DNA of 62,387 bases, counting the filler. It is 7 parts of 7 records of this genome, joined end to end, with 100 filler letters (N's around TTAATTAATTAA, not from the genome) between each part and the next. Parts side by side here need not be neighbours in the genome. Positions count along the whole stretch, not along the records: positions 1 to 8,486 come from DRR723986_25171; positions 8,587 to 16,730 come from DRR723986_25179; 5 more parts are not named here. One strand, 5' to 3'. The stretch's first letter is position 1; the number at the start of each line of letters is the position of its first letter. Positions 1 through 9,470 of the stretch are shown here, in pieces. The translations under genes and the position numbers were made by a program. Below the pieces are notes generated by a model. It did not search any database and was not told where the DNA came from. It saw only the letters and a list, made by a program, of their open reading frames with translations.

Positions 1-560
1 CTGGGCTTGCTGACTGGAACGGGTGCGAGCAGACAGAAGTGTATAGTTCCAGCACGTTAAATGTATTTGCCTTGAGTTGCATGTGTGTACGATCGCAAAT
101 TGTAGGTGGGGGCTACTACAAACCCCAAGTCTCACAGACTGTGGTTGGCGGAGCTCCCAAGCTAGGTTAATGAAGTAATCGCTAACCGGCCGGCAGCAAT
201 ACGTTGCGGAGTACGAACTTGTTATCACTTACCAAGCTTTGTGCGTTACCCGCTAATGAAGTTAGCTGTGCGCTTGACGTGTTGTGTAATTTTCAGTGCT
301 GCGCAGAGGTGTTAAGTGCCCGCCGGCTTGGGGTGGACTGTTTGTTCGGAGCTCTCGGGATAGAGGTGAAAAGTCTTGTGCCGCAGAGGTTGGCGGCTGA
401 TGACTCAGATGTTAACAAAAAAGAAACAAACAAGCCGCTCACCAGAGGTGAAGGCGAAGTGCTCATGGCTGGTGTTGCAAATGCAGGAAATGTTAACTGC
501 CTTTGAGTTGCCCAAATGTGTTAGCGAATATCGTAAATGGTCGGTTAACAGTTCGATGTG

Positions 561-3107
561 TTAATAACGGTATAATACCAGTCGTGCCCAACGGAGCGGA
601 TGTGCCAGACGTTCCTGGGCGATAAATTTGCGACGTGTCTCGGTCAGAGCTTTTGTTAACTGTTCCGGTTGATGTGCGGCTGCACTTAAAGATTGTAAAA
701 ACTCAAATGAGAATGCGGTGGAGGCGTTCCAGAGTGAAAATGCCGTGTGTCCGCTGCTGCGTGTCTGGACGGCGCTGAGAAATGCACCGACTGAGATGGC
801 GTCCGGAAGTTGGCCGTTGCGTAGGTCGCTGTAAGGAAAAAGCATGACGTTGGCCTGGGGGGCGTGAGCGCATAATTGGCGCAGGGTAAGGAAGCCGCTC
901 GTGTCAGTTGTGCCGGGGGCGAGGAGGATGCCGCTGTGTGCCGGCGCTGTTGGAACAAAGTTTGTGTGTGCCAGGTACGCTGCCAGGCCTGTGTCGTCCC
1001 GATTCTGCCCGTCGATTTTTGCGGGGGAGGCGTTACAAGCGCTAAAAATTTTGAGGTCGGCGTCATCCATTTCTACCTGATCACCAATCGCCTGTGCCTC
1101 GCGGGTCGCATAACGTAACGAGCGAGGGGTGCCGGAGGAAGTCAAAAAACGTGCACCGGCAGTTTTGCCAATTTGCTCGCGAAGTGCCTGTGCCTGACTT
1201 TGAGCCGAAATTTCTTCACAATTCAGCTCGCCGGAGCGGGCGGGCGAGATAAGTTGAACGGAAAGGTCGTTTTTGTCGATTGCCTGCGTGGGCGCAACAA
1301 AGTCGGCGGCGCAGTAGACATATTCAAATGTCAGGCGTTCGGCGGCGAACTGGAGCTGCGCAAGGTCACCCGGTTTTTCACGGCGACTGTCCGAACGCGC
1401 GGCCAAAGCACCGAAGGGAAGGGCAAAGAGCGTCGAGTCAGGCGAAATCAGGATTGTGTGCATGCGTTTGCTGTCGGCATGTACATGTTGTGCCAGGAGT
1501 GCCTGAAAGAGTGTGCGCAACGCAGTTGAAAGTCCCTCGGTCTTGCCGCTGCGCATAGCATTGTATGCCGTTGCTACAGATTGATTGACTTTATCGGTGA
1601 AGCGCGCGCGGCGGATCGAGAATTTACCCTCAAAGAATCGCGCGGTATAGATATGGCGTTCGGCGATGCTGAGATGCAGAAACAGACTGCTGTCACCAAG
1701 TTGGTCAAAAACAGACCTAATTGAAGGGGGTGATTTTCGAGAGAAAATGCGTGAGTAGCGCAAGTTCTGCTGCAGTGACGCCTGCAGCTGGATAAATTCC
1801 TGCGAAATTGCGGCTCTGGCCTGGCCATTTTTGGCTTGTATACTGGCATGTGCGCCGTCGATTGAGACGCGTTGGAGCTCGCGCAGTTCTGAGGGGAGTC
1901 CGGCATGGGCTGCGAGCGGCATGGTTTGCACGGCCGCACGCCAGTAGTTGAACTGCTTGCGTTCCTCGGCAGTGGCGAAACAGGCTTCGGCATGTGACTC
2001 AAGACCCGTTTCCTGATAGGCCAGGTAGGAGACGCCCAATGCACGCGCATACATGCGCCTGCCCAGTTCCTGCAAGAGCGGAAAGAGGCTGAAGGCATGC
2101 AGGCCCTGGCGCAGCACGTTAAAGTGTTCGCGTGCGCGCGTATACAAAATGTCGGCGCGCAGCAGATTGCGCACGTCGTGTGTTTCCAGATAAAAGAGCG
2201 ATAGATGAGTCTCGGCTTCCAGGCAGAGGCTCTGCACGTACTGCAGGCGCATGGGTGCATCAGCCAGTCGGTCGGTTTTGTCGTCCGTGATTGTCACGTC
2301 CTGCAGGTTGCGCACGTTTTCATCTTTTGCTGTGCGATACCAGCTGCTGAGGTGCTCCAGGTGGTCCAGCGCTCCGGCGAGTGTCTTGAGCTCCAGTTCG
2401 ACTTTGGCGGCCTGCAGGTGCAGGTTGCGCTTGCGGAAGGTTGTGGAAGCATCGTCCGGAGCAATTTGCAGGAGCGCGTTGATGCTGCGGCGCGCGCCAT
2501 CGGCATCATTGGCGTCGCGCTGGGCCAGGGCATGTGCCAGGGCGATGTCTTCGCCCGTCTGGCGCTGTGTGATTTGTGGAGTCTGACTGTCGGCAGCCAA
2601 ACGGTTCTCACGTGCCTGGACTGTCAGGCGGAGGGCGGCATCGGAGGCCTGTAACTGCGCTGCAACGGCAGCCCACAATAGACTTTGCTGCCAGGTGGAA
2701 ACGTGTGCCGGGGGCGTGCCTGAAGCCAGCTGCAGGTATGCGTCAAGAGACTGCCGCGAAGTCTTGTAGTCACCACAGGCGAGCCGCTCGATGACCTGTG
2801 CCGGCGGCTCGCTGCCGGGCTTGAAGTTGTTGGGCGGCGCATCATCTTTGTGGGCGCGCAAATGCTGCATGCGTGCAGAGACCAGAAGCTCCAGCGGCAA
2901 GTAGTCAAATGCGGAGTTGTAGTCCTGAATGTAGATGAGATCGGTCTGCGCCGCCGCTTGTGAAGGCAGGCTGAGCAGCCCACAGAAGCAGAGGAGCAGC
3001 CAAATGGCGCCGCTGATTTTGCCCGTTGAATGCTGGAAGGTCATGAGTGCCGTCAACCTGGTCTCTGAGTGTATGATTGAGTCTATGCTATTGTCAGCTT
3101 GAGGCAT
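561..3107 (-). CDS. Exported TPR/helical-repeat protein with C-terminal CHAT (caspase-like) domain, probably catalytically inactive
   Basis: Signal-like segment AIWLLLCFCGLLSLPSQAAAQ. CHAT motifs ILISPDSTLFALPFGAL, SGFLTLRQL, FSLW and HPLRWARLVL. The LSAC catalytic motif aligns to LFPYS. Alternative start at 3045. Confidence 0.8.
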   Translation of the reverse strand: MPQADNSIDSIIHSETRLTALMTFQHSTGKISGAIWLLLCFCGLLSLPSQAAAQTDLIYIQDYNSAFDYLPLELLVSARMQHLRAHKDDAPPNNFKPGSEPPAQVIERLACGDYKTSRQSLDAYLQLASGTPPAHVSTWQQSLLWAAVAAQLQASDAALRLTVQARENRLAADSQTPQITQRQTGEDIALAHALAQRDANDADGARRSINALLQIAPDDASTTFRKRNLHLQAAKVELELKTLAGALDHLEHLSSWYRTAKDENVRNLQDVTITDDKTDRLADAPMRLQYVQSLCLEAETHLSLFYLETHDVRNLLRADILYTRAREHFNVLRQGLHAFSLFPLLQELGRRMYARALGVSYLAYQETGLESHAEACFATAEERKQFNYWRAAVQTMPLAAHAGLPSELRELQRVSIDGAHASIQAKNGQARAAISQEFIQLQASLQQNLRYSRIFSRKSPPSIRSVFDQLGDSSLFLHLSIAERHIYTARFFEGKFSIRRARFTDKVNQSVATAYNAMRSGKTEGLSTALRTLFQALLAQHVHADSKRMHTILISPDSTLFALPFGALAARSDSRREKPGDLAQLQFAAERLTFEYVYCAADFVAPTQAIDKNDLSVQLISPARSGELNCEEISAQSQAQALREQIGKTAGARFLTSSGTPRSLRYATREAQAIGDQVEMDDADLKIFSACNASPAKIDGQNRDDTGLAAYLAHTNFVPTAPAHSGILLAPGTTDTSGFLTLRQLCAHAPQANVMLFPYSDLRNGQLPDAISVGAFLSAVQTRSSGHTAFSLWNASTAFSFEFLQSLSAAAHQPEQLTKALTETRRKFIAQERLAHPLRWARLVLYRY

Positions 3108-4647
3108 CGACGTTTTTCAGCTGTTTTAAGCGTTCGAGCACAAACTGCCAGAGGACTTCGAAGGGGATAATCTCCGTGACTTCCAGCACTGGGTTGGAGC
3201 CACCGGTGTGGTCCCGCAGTCTTTCATACAGCTTAGCAGTTTTTGTTTTGGTTTTCGTGTAGTTGAAATCCTGATTGATCATGGTGCGCAGCATGCGCAG
3301 GAAGGTGTTGGTTCTGGCGTATTCATCGTGCCGCAGGTAACGACTGCTGTACTGCCTGATGGTTTCGGCGTGGTCGAGAATAGCTAGCAGATCACCTTTA
3401 TCCAGCAGAAACAGGATGTGCACAATCAAGATCGGCACGTAGGTCCCACGCTTGTCGTTCTGGTAGATTGGGACTTCATTAAGGAATTTGTAGAGGTTAA
3501 AGCGCTTCTGGAATACCGTGGTTTCGTCGGCCAATTCTACCGCTTCGGAGTGTGCCAGAACGTAACGCAGGAAGGCTTCCAGAATGCGCCAGCGTTCATG
3601 TATTTGCGGTATGGTACGCGCAAATTTCTTATCGCCGGTTACGGCCAGGAAAATCTCAGTTGCCTGCTGATAATTGCCGGTGTGCAGGCAGAGGTGAATT
3701 AGCAGTTCGTTAAAGAGGAACCAGTTGGCCTCACCGCCCTTGTACAGGTCCTTCAGCGCCTTTTGTGCCAGGTTGTAGCCATTGCGGAAGTCGCGCAGGA
3801 AGATGAAGGCGTTCATCTTGGTTGCTGCGATTTCACGTTGGCGTTGTTTGTTGGAGAAGTGCGGATTCTCACGGTAATACTCATCCATTTTATCGCAATA
3901 TGCCAGGGTGAGTTGATAGTCTCTGGCAATCTGATGTTGCATGATCTGCATTCTGAAGTATGTCTGATTCAGCGTTCTGGAGTTGTACTGATCGCGCAGC
4001 TCGCGGATGCGTTCGGTGGATTCGTGGGCGCGTTCAATAACGGCAGCATCAAAGTTGAAGGAGCGGGAGCGCGAGAATTCGATCGTCAATTCGGTCCAGA
4101 GCCTGTCGGCCTCAATTTCGGCATTATAGATCGAGAGATAATGCTGCACGCTGGCGGCAATTTTCTGAAACTCTGCGCGGCGCCCGGCAATCACGGACTG
4201 GCGTTGCAGGAGCAGGGCACATTCAAGGGTGATGGAGGTCAGGTGGTACTTTTCGGCTTTGCGTCTGGCTTTGCCGATAAGTTCGAGGCCTGTTCGGCGT
4301 GCGCCCATGAGCAGTAGGATGCGTGCACGCAGGATGTTCTTCTGGCAGTACATGGTCATGTGGAAAATCGTACCGAAATCGTGCTGGCGCAGATCGGCAT
4401 TCAGCAGGGTTGAGAGCAGCAGTTCTCTGAGACGTGATTTAAGCGTGGTGTAGCGTACATCACCCGGGGAGCTGTTATAGAGGGCCCTGGCGGCTTCTTC
4501 ATCGTCCTTGAACTCATTGGCCACGACCCCGTCAAACAGACGTTCATAATAGGTGTCGGAAGACTTGCGCTGTCCGCGGCCAAAAATCTTGGATTTGCGG
4601 ATGCCCAATGATGTAAGGATTTTAGTGATTTCGGAAATCGATTTCAT
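3094..4647 (-). CDS. 517-aa hypothetical all-helical (TPR-like) protein with a possible N-terminal HTH-like segment
   Basis: Long ORF with amphipathic helical pattern and no signal peptide. N-terminal DDEEAARALYNSSPGDVRYTTLKSRLRELL. Overlaps the CHAT ORF by 14 nt. Confidence 0.75.
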   Translation of the reverse strand: MKSISEITKILTSLGIRKSKIFGRGQRKSSDTYYERLFDGVVANEFKDDEEAARALYNSSPGDVRYTTLKSRLRELLLSTLLNADLRQHDFGTIFHMTMYCQKNILRARILLLMGARRTGLELIGKARRKAEKYHLTSITLECALLLQRQSVIAGRRAEFQKIAASVQHYLSIYNAEIEADRLWTELTIEFSRSRSFNFDAAVIERAHESTERIRELRDQYNSRTLNQTYFRMQIMQHQIARDYQLTLAYCDKMDEYYRENPHFSNKQRQREIAATKMNAFIFLRDFRNGYNLAQKALKDLYKGGEANWFLFNELLIHLCLHTGNYQQATEIFLAVTGDKKFARTIPQIHERWRILEAFLRYVLAHSEAVELADETTVFQKRFNLYKFLNEVPIYQNDKRGTYVPILIVHILFLLDKGDLLAILDHAETIRQYSSRYLRHDEYARTNTFLRMLRTMINQDFNYTKTKTKTAKLYERLRDHTGGSNPVLEVTEIIPFEVLWQFVLERLKQLKNVDASS

Positions 4648-5128
4648 GCGGATCTTGGCTTTACAGGCCGAATGTTGGCGGTTTTGGAAGGCGACGGATC
4701 AGCTAATTGCCAAAAAACAGATGTAAAAATTCGTGCCTTTATGATACCAAAATAGGGCGCATAATAGCATAGATTGCACTCATAAGCAACGGAAATCATC
4801 CGTATAGCGCAGTTCTACTGCGATTGTTCGCCGCCGAAAATGCTTGTTGTCTGTGACGCAAGTAAAAGCAAGAAAAAAGTAAAAGGCGAAATCGAATGAT
4901 GTGATTCTAGAGGATATTTCCGAACGCTTTTTTCTGATCGATTCTAGGTTGCTTTAGGCTATAAGCCGTGGTTCATTGAAAACTTGAAGTATTGAGCGTT
5001 ATTGAGGAGTAAAATTCCGATGTAAGAATGCATGTGGATTTGATACTCATTTAGCGAAGAAGGCTGGTTACATTCGTACTGTGTTTATCGTGCCTGTCGA
5101 ACCAACATTTCTTCTTCCGAGGTTTATA

Positions 5129-5347
5129 ATGGAACCGATTATTCTGGCAATCATGCTTTTTCTCTCATATATCGTAAGTCCTGGACAGTACCACCCAGTT
5201 GAGATCGAAAATATTTATCAGTCAAACGAGCAGACAATTCACGCTGTGCAAGCTGACCCTGAATTGATGCAAATCGTTGAAACTGATCATCTGCCCGAGG
5301 TGGAGTTTATCTTGGTAGATTACTCGCAGTTCGATGAAGGACTGTAA
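5129..5347 (+). CDS. Small (72 aa) exported or membrane-anchored acidic protein
   Basis: GAGGT upstream of ATG 5129. Hydrophobic N-terminus MEPIILAIMLFLSYIVSPG followed by an acidic tail. A hairpin follows the stop. Confidence 0.65.
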   Translation: MEPIILAIMLFLSYIVSPGQYHPVEIENIYQSNEQTIHAVQADPELMQIVETDHLPEVEFILVDYSQFDEGL

Positions 5348-5399
5348 GGTATACCTTCCAAGGTGAACAGAAGCGCCAATGGAATATCCATTGTGTGGG

Positions 5400-5421
5400 C
5401 CGGCTTGTCTAAACAAGCCGG
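5400..5421 (+). terminator. Hairpin after the small ORF (terminator or processing stem)
   Basis: CCGGCTTGT-CTAA-ACAAGCCGG, a perfect 9-bp stem with no U-tract. Confidence 0.4.
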
Positions 5422-5470
5422 GACGCAAGACGGATAAGGTGGGTAGATTCTCTTATTGAAAATTCGACTA

Positions 5471-5815
5471 AGTGCCAGAATACGACTGTGATAGGGGCGC
5501 CTACGTGGATTACCACGTATTACATTAGGGGACGGTTGAATTGCGTAGGCGTTCTATCAATTTTATGGCAAACTGAAAATAGAAACGGTACGCTCCGTAC
5601 GCCGACTTGGATAGTGCTATCTGTTTCCTGAAATAAGGTGCGGAACCTGTTCAGTGTTGAATTGTACGAAACGTACCGTTACTGAAAGCTTTCTCAAGCG
5701 AAAGGCTTGATCTGAAATAGTGCCGAAATACGACTTGGATAGTGCTGTCTGACGCCAGTCACTACTGCGCCTAATGCCACCGGGCACACAGCGGAGGACA
5801 GACTATCTTTTTTTT
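5471..5815 (+). ncRNA. Candidate structured ncRNA made of three related stem-closed units
   Basis: Shared CGACT(TG/GT)GATAG in three units, GTTGAATTG twice, three long closing stems with G-U pairs on the + strand, and a final T-tract. Confidence 0.5.
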
Positions 5816-6932
5816 GTTGTCGTGTTAAGACGAGTTGAAAATATTGATTATATATGGAATTGTAAAAGAAAAATCGCTTTCGAGTGATTTATTTTACGTG
5901 AGATAGCGCCCAAACTTCCACTCTAAGCTCAAAAATCACCGCAAATACAAAAGTTATGTCAAAATAAATGCCTTGAATGTTACCGCACACCCAAATTCTG
6001 CACGTTTTTTGATGTTTCACATATGAAATGGCACAAGGTGTTGTGGATTCTGCGTTGTTTTTCGGGGCTTTAAGGGCTGTTATAGCCGTTTGAATTGATG
6101 TTCTTATTGTGATGTTTTAGATAAGGATGTGCACAGTTCAGTGCCATTTTCACGTAAAAAAGCCTCGAAATCGCGATAAATTCCCGTTTTGTGAACTTCT
6201 GTAATTGCTGCGTGTTTCAAATCGTAACACCGAATGTGAACGTACAGAAAAGTTTGCTGCTAATCTTGCTTCACCACTTTAATGCAAGTCTATCAGCCGA
6301 ATTTTGCATTAGGCAGCGTGTTACCGAAAGCGCAAAAGTGCTTGTGTGGCAATCGCGTATTTTGCGTTTATTTGTAGCAGGTATACTTCGAATGTGATTT
6401 GCAGGCCGATAGCCACATGCCAATGCCGCCCATGTGATTTGCCCTGCAGGAACGAACTCGCTGCTACGGCGTAACAAAACTAACTGATACCTCTTGTTAT
6501 TACTATAGACATTGACGATTATGGCAGCACATTACCTGCACCCGGAGCGAAGCCCGTGGTCACGATTCTGAAGCAAGAAATAATCGGCGAAAAACTTCTG
6601 GAGAGACTGACTATACGCAAACCTTTTACTTCCGGATTTGTAATGGTATTAGAGATTACAAGCATTCGTTGAATTCAGCCAAACTATGCTTAATTCAACA
6701 GCGTCTCAGTAAGTGTGTTTGCTCCTGATGGCGGTGCGTCAATGAAAATTGGCGTGCCGCTTCTTTTTTGTGGCATTTCCTGCAACTTTCCCTTCATCTT
6801 TGCATATTCTGAGCCCGGTCTTTTTTGTACTTTTGCACTGTATTAAAGCGGTCTGAGTCTACGTAGCTCAGCAGGTCACGCGCCGGAGTTACCCGGCGGA
6901 TTCGATTACACTCTTTTGGATAGCTCGTCGAA

Positions 6933-7976
6933 ATGTTCGAAATGTTCGACATGGTGGATCTGGGGCGCGCCGAGCTCCTGTACGGATTGATTGCACTACC
7001 AATTCTGGTTGTGATGTATGTGCTGGGTAGCCTGCTGCGGCGCCGGCGCTTGCGCAAATTGGGCGACCCCGCACTCGTGCGTGGATTGCAGGTCGGTGTT
7101 TCCAAAGGGCGGCGCCGTTTTAAGCTATTGCTGCTCGTCTTTGGACTGATGTTCCTCGTGCTGGCAGCCAGTCAACCGCGCATAGGAACCGCTCTGCGCG
7201 AAGTCAAGCGTGAGGGCGTTGATATCATGATTGCATTGGATGTTTCCAACAGTATGATGGCCGAAGACATACTGCCAAATCGTCTGGAGCGTTCGCGTGG
7301 AGCAATCTCGCGCCTTATCGACCAGCTTGGGACTGACCGGATTGGCGTGATTGCCTTTGCTGGGGACGCATTTATTCTGCTCCCACTGACTTCGGACTAT
7401 GCATCTGCCAAACTATTCGTCAGCACCATGGATACTCGCATTGTTTCAACACAGGGTACAGAGTTGGGCGCTGCCGTTTCCCTGGCCCGCGAAGCATTTG
7501 AGACCGAAGAGACGAAGTACAAAGCGCTCATTATTATTACCGATGGCGAAAATCACGACGCCGAAGCCCTTGCCGAAGCCGAAAAAGCACATGCCGAAGG
7601 TGTTGTGATTCATACGATCGGCATGGGCTCCGCAGATGGTGTTCCCATTCCGCGCTTTCGCAATGGAGTCCGTGCCGGTTTCCATACCGATAATGCCGGA
7701 AATGTTGTCGTCTCAAAACTCAATGAAAGTTTTCTGCGTCAATTGGCAGGTTCTGCTGACGGTACTTACATCCGCGCCACCAGTTCGGATGCGGGCCTGC
7801 AAACTATTCTTGACCAGATTGAGTCGATGGAGAAAAAAGAATTTGAAACGCGTGAGTTCAGCGACTATGAAGAGCGTTTTCAACTATTCCTTGCTGCTGC
7901 TTTTATTCTGATGCTTTTTGAAGCATTTGTTGGCAATCGCCGCAAACAGGCCAAAACAGGAGCCGAATCGCTATGA
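6933..7976 (+). CDS. batB: VWA-domain membrane protein, BatB-like
   Basis: N-terminal TM helices, MIDAS motif ALDVSNSM, IAFAGDA, IIITDGENH, C-terminal TM helix. Confidence 0.8.
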   Translation: MFEMFDMVDLGRAELLYGLIALPILVVMYVLGSLLRRRRLRKLGDPALVRGLQVGVSKGRRRFKLLLLVFGLMFLVLAASQPRIGTALREVKREGVDIMIALDVSNSMMAEDILPNRLERSRGAISRLIDQLGTDRIGVIAFAGDAFILLPLTSDYASAKLFVSTMDTRIVSTQGTELGAAVSLAREAFETEETKYKALIIITDGENHDAEALAEAEKAHAEGVVIHTIGMGSADGVPIPRFRNGVRAGFHTDNAGNVVVSKLNESFLRQLAGSADGTYIRATSSDAGLQTILDQIESMEKKEFETREFSDYEERFQLFLAAAFILMLFEAFVGNRRKQAKTGAESL

Positions 7977-8486
7977 GACCAGAAGTTAACATGCCGGGCC
8001 GTTTTTTTGGGCTGCAAGTCTTGCTGCTGTTCTGCTGTGTTTTGTTTGCCGGACAGACGCAGGCCGCAGCCCAGGATGCGCGTGAATTGGTGCAGGACGG
8101 CAACAAAGAGTTTTTTGAAGGTAATTACACGACGGCTGAAACGCGCTACCGGCGTGCAGGCCAGGTCGACTCCAGCGCAACTTCACCTGTGGTGCCCTTT
8201 AATCTGGGCGGTGCGCTTTTCCGCCAGGAGCGTTTTGCAGAGTCCATAGAACAATTTGATGAAGTCATTGCACATGTGGATGCTACCGAAGAACAGCGCG
8301 CCGCTGCCTGGTACAATCACGGCAATGCACACTTGGGCATGGAGGACTATGCCAAAGCGATTGATTCCTATAAGCAGGCCCTGCGCCTGAACCCCGCTGA
8401 TCAGGATGCCAAACACAACCTGGCCTGGGCGCAAAAGAAACTGCGGGAACAACAGCAAGACCAGGAGAATCAAGACCAAAACGGCG
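7973..8486 (+). CDS. batC: TPR protein, BatC-like (truncated by contig end)
   Basis: Signal peptide, TPR motif AWYNHGNAH..AIDSYKQALRLNP.DQDAKHNL and Gln-rich tail. Follows the batB-like gene. Confidence 0.7.
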
Positions 8487-8586
8487 NNNNNNNNNNNNNN
8501 NNNNNNNNNNNNNNNNNNNNNNNNNNNNNNTTAATTAATTAANNNNNNNNNNNNNNNNNNNNNNNNNNNNNNNNNNNNNNNNNNNN
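8487..8586. other. Artificial contig spacer
   Basis: N-run containing TTAATTAATTAA. Confidence 0.99.
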
Positions 8587-8638
8587 GAAAGTGGGTCTGC
8601 GCAAAGCGCGTAAGCGTCCGCAGTACTCCAAGCGTTAA
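8587..8638 (+). CDS. rpsI: 30S ribosomal protein S9, 3' end
   Basis: Translates to KVGLRKARKRPQYSKR*, the conserved S9 C-terminus. Confidence 0.95.
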
Positions 8639-8658
8639 TCGACGTTCAGTCGATTTGG

Positions 8659-8689
8659 AAAAACCCGGTCTTGTGGCCGGGTTTTTTTA
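8659..8689 (+). terminator. Rho-independent terminator after rpsI
   Basis: AAAACCCGGTC-TTGT-GGCCGGGTTTTTTT. Confidence 0.85.
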
Positions 8690-8876
8690 TATCTGTACTC
8701 CGGAAATATTTTTGATCTGGCGCAGGGATAGGCTCGCCTGCCGACCTTTCCGGCTTGTAAGCGGGGGGTAATTTCATTACCATTTCAGCGCTTATATTTT
8801 TGGGTTGTGAAGTCCTTTTCGAAGCGCAGTGCCGGTTTTTCCGCGTCTGTGCCTCGCCTGATGGGAGAAAACCATA

Positions 8877-9470
8877 ATGAGTAATGGCGACGTGAGCCAA
8901 GGCCGGCGCCGGTTTCTGATCGGTGCTACGTCTGTGGTAGGTGGTGTCGGCGTCGTCGGTGCAGCCGTTCCTTTCGTAGCGTCCTGGAACCCCAGTGCGA
9001 AAGCGGAAGCGGCCGGTGCACCGGTAACCGTCAATATCAGCAAAATCGAACCGGGTCAGCAAATCACCGTTGAGTGGCGAGGTAAGCCTGTTTGGATTAT
9101 CCGCAGAACGGAAGAAATGCTGGCGAATATCGAGAAGCTCAATGACGCAGTGAAGGACCCGATGTCGGAGGCGCCTCAGCAGCCTTCGTATATCCAGGGT
9201 CCCTTGCGCGCGATCAAGCCAGAGTTCGGTGTCTATGTGGGGCTCTGTACCCATCTGGGCTGCGTGCCCTCCTACCGGCCAGAGGTTGCGCCGGCTGATC
9301 TGGGTGAAAATTGGCTTGGTGGGTTGTTCTGCCCGTGTCACGGTTCCCGCTATGACATGGCCGGTCGGGTTTATGAGGCTCAACCCGCGCCGCTGAACCT
9401 TGAGGTTCCGCCGTACCGGTTTGACGATGATGTGACCATGACCATTGGTCTTGATCCGGAGGCCGCGTGA
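8877..9470 (+). CDS. petA: Ubiquinol-cytochrome c reductase Rieske Fe-S subunit
   Basis: Tat motif GRRRFL. Rieske boxes CTHLGC and CPCHGS. Confidence 0.97.
   Translation: MSNGDVSQGRRRFLIGATSVVGGVGVVGAAVPFVASWNPSAKAEAAGAPVTVNISKIEPGQQITVEWRGKPVWIIRRTEEMLANIEKLNDAVKDPMSEAPQQPSYIQGPLRAIKPEFGVYVGLCTHLGCVPSYRPEVAPADLGENWLGGLFCPCHGSRYDMAGRVYEAQPAPLNLEVPPYRFDDDVTMTIGLDPEAA

Noticed and set aside
204-564. Short + strand ORFs
   Set aside because: No RBS or recognisable motifs, and Cys-rich random-like composition.
1035-1049. IFSAC as the CHAT catalytic motif
   Set aside because: It lies N-terminal to the His motif, whereas the catalytic Cys of caspase-fold proteases follows the His by about 45 residues, where LFPYS is found.
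5471-5815. CRISPR array or tRNA interpretation of the repeats
   Set aside because: The repeats are imperfect and irregularly spaced, no cas genes are present, and there is no cloverleaf or TTC arm.
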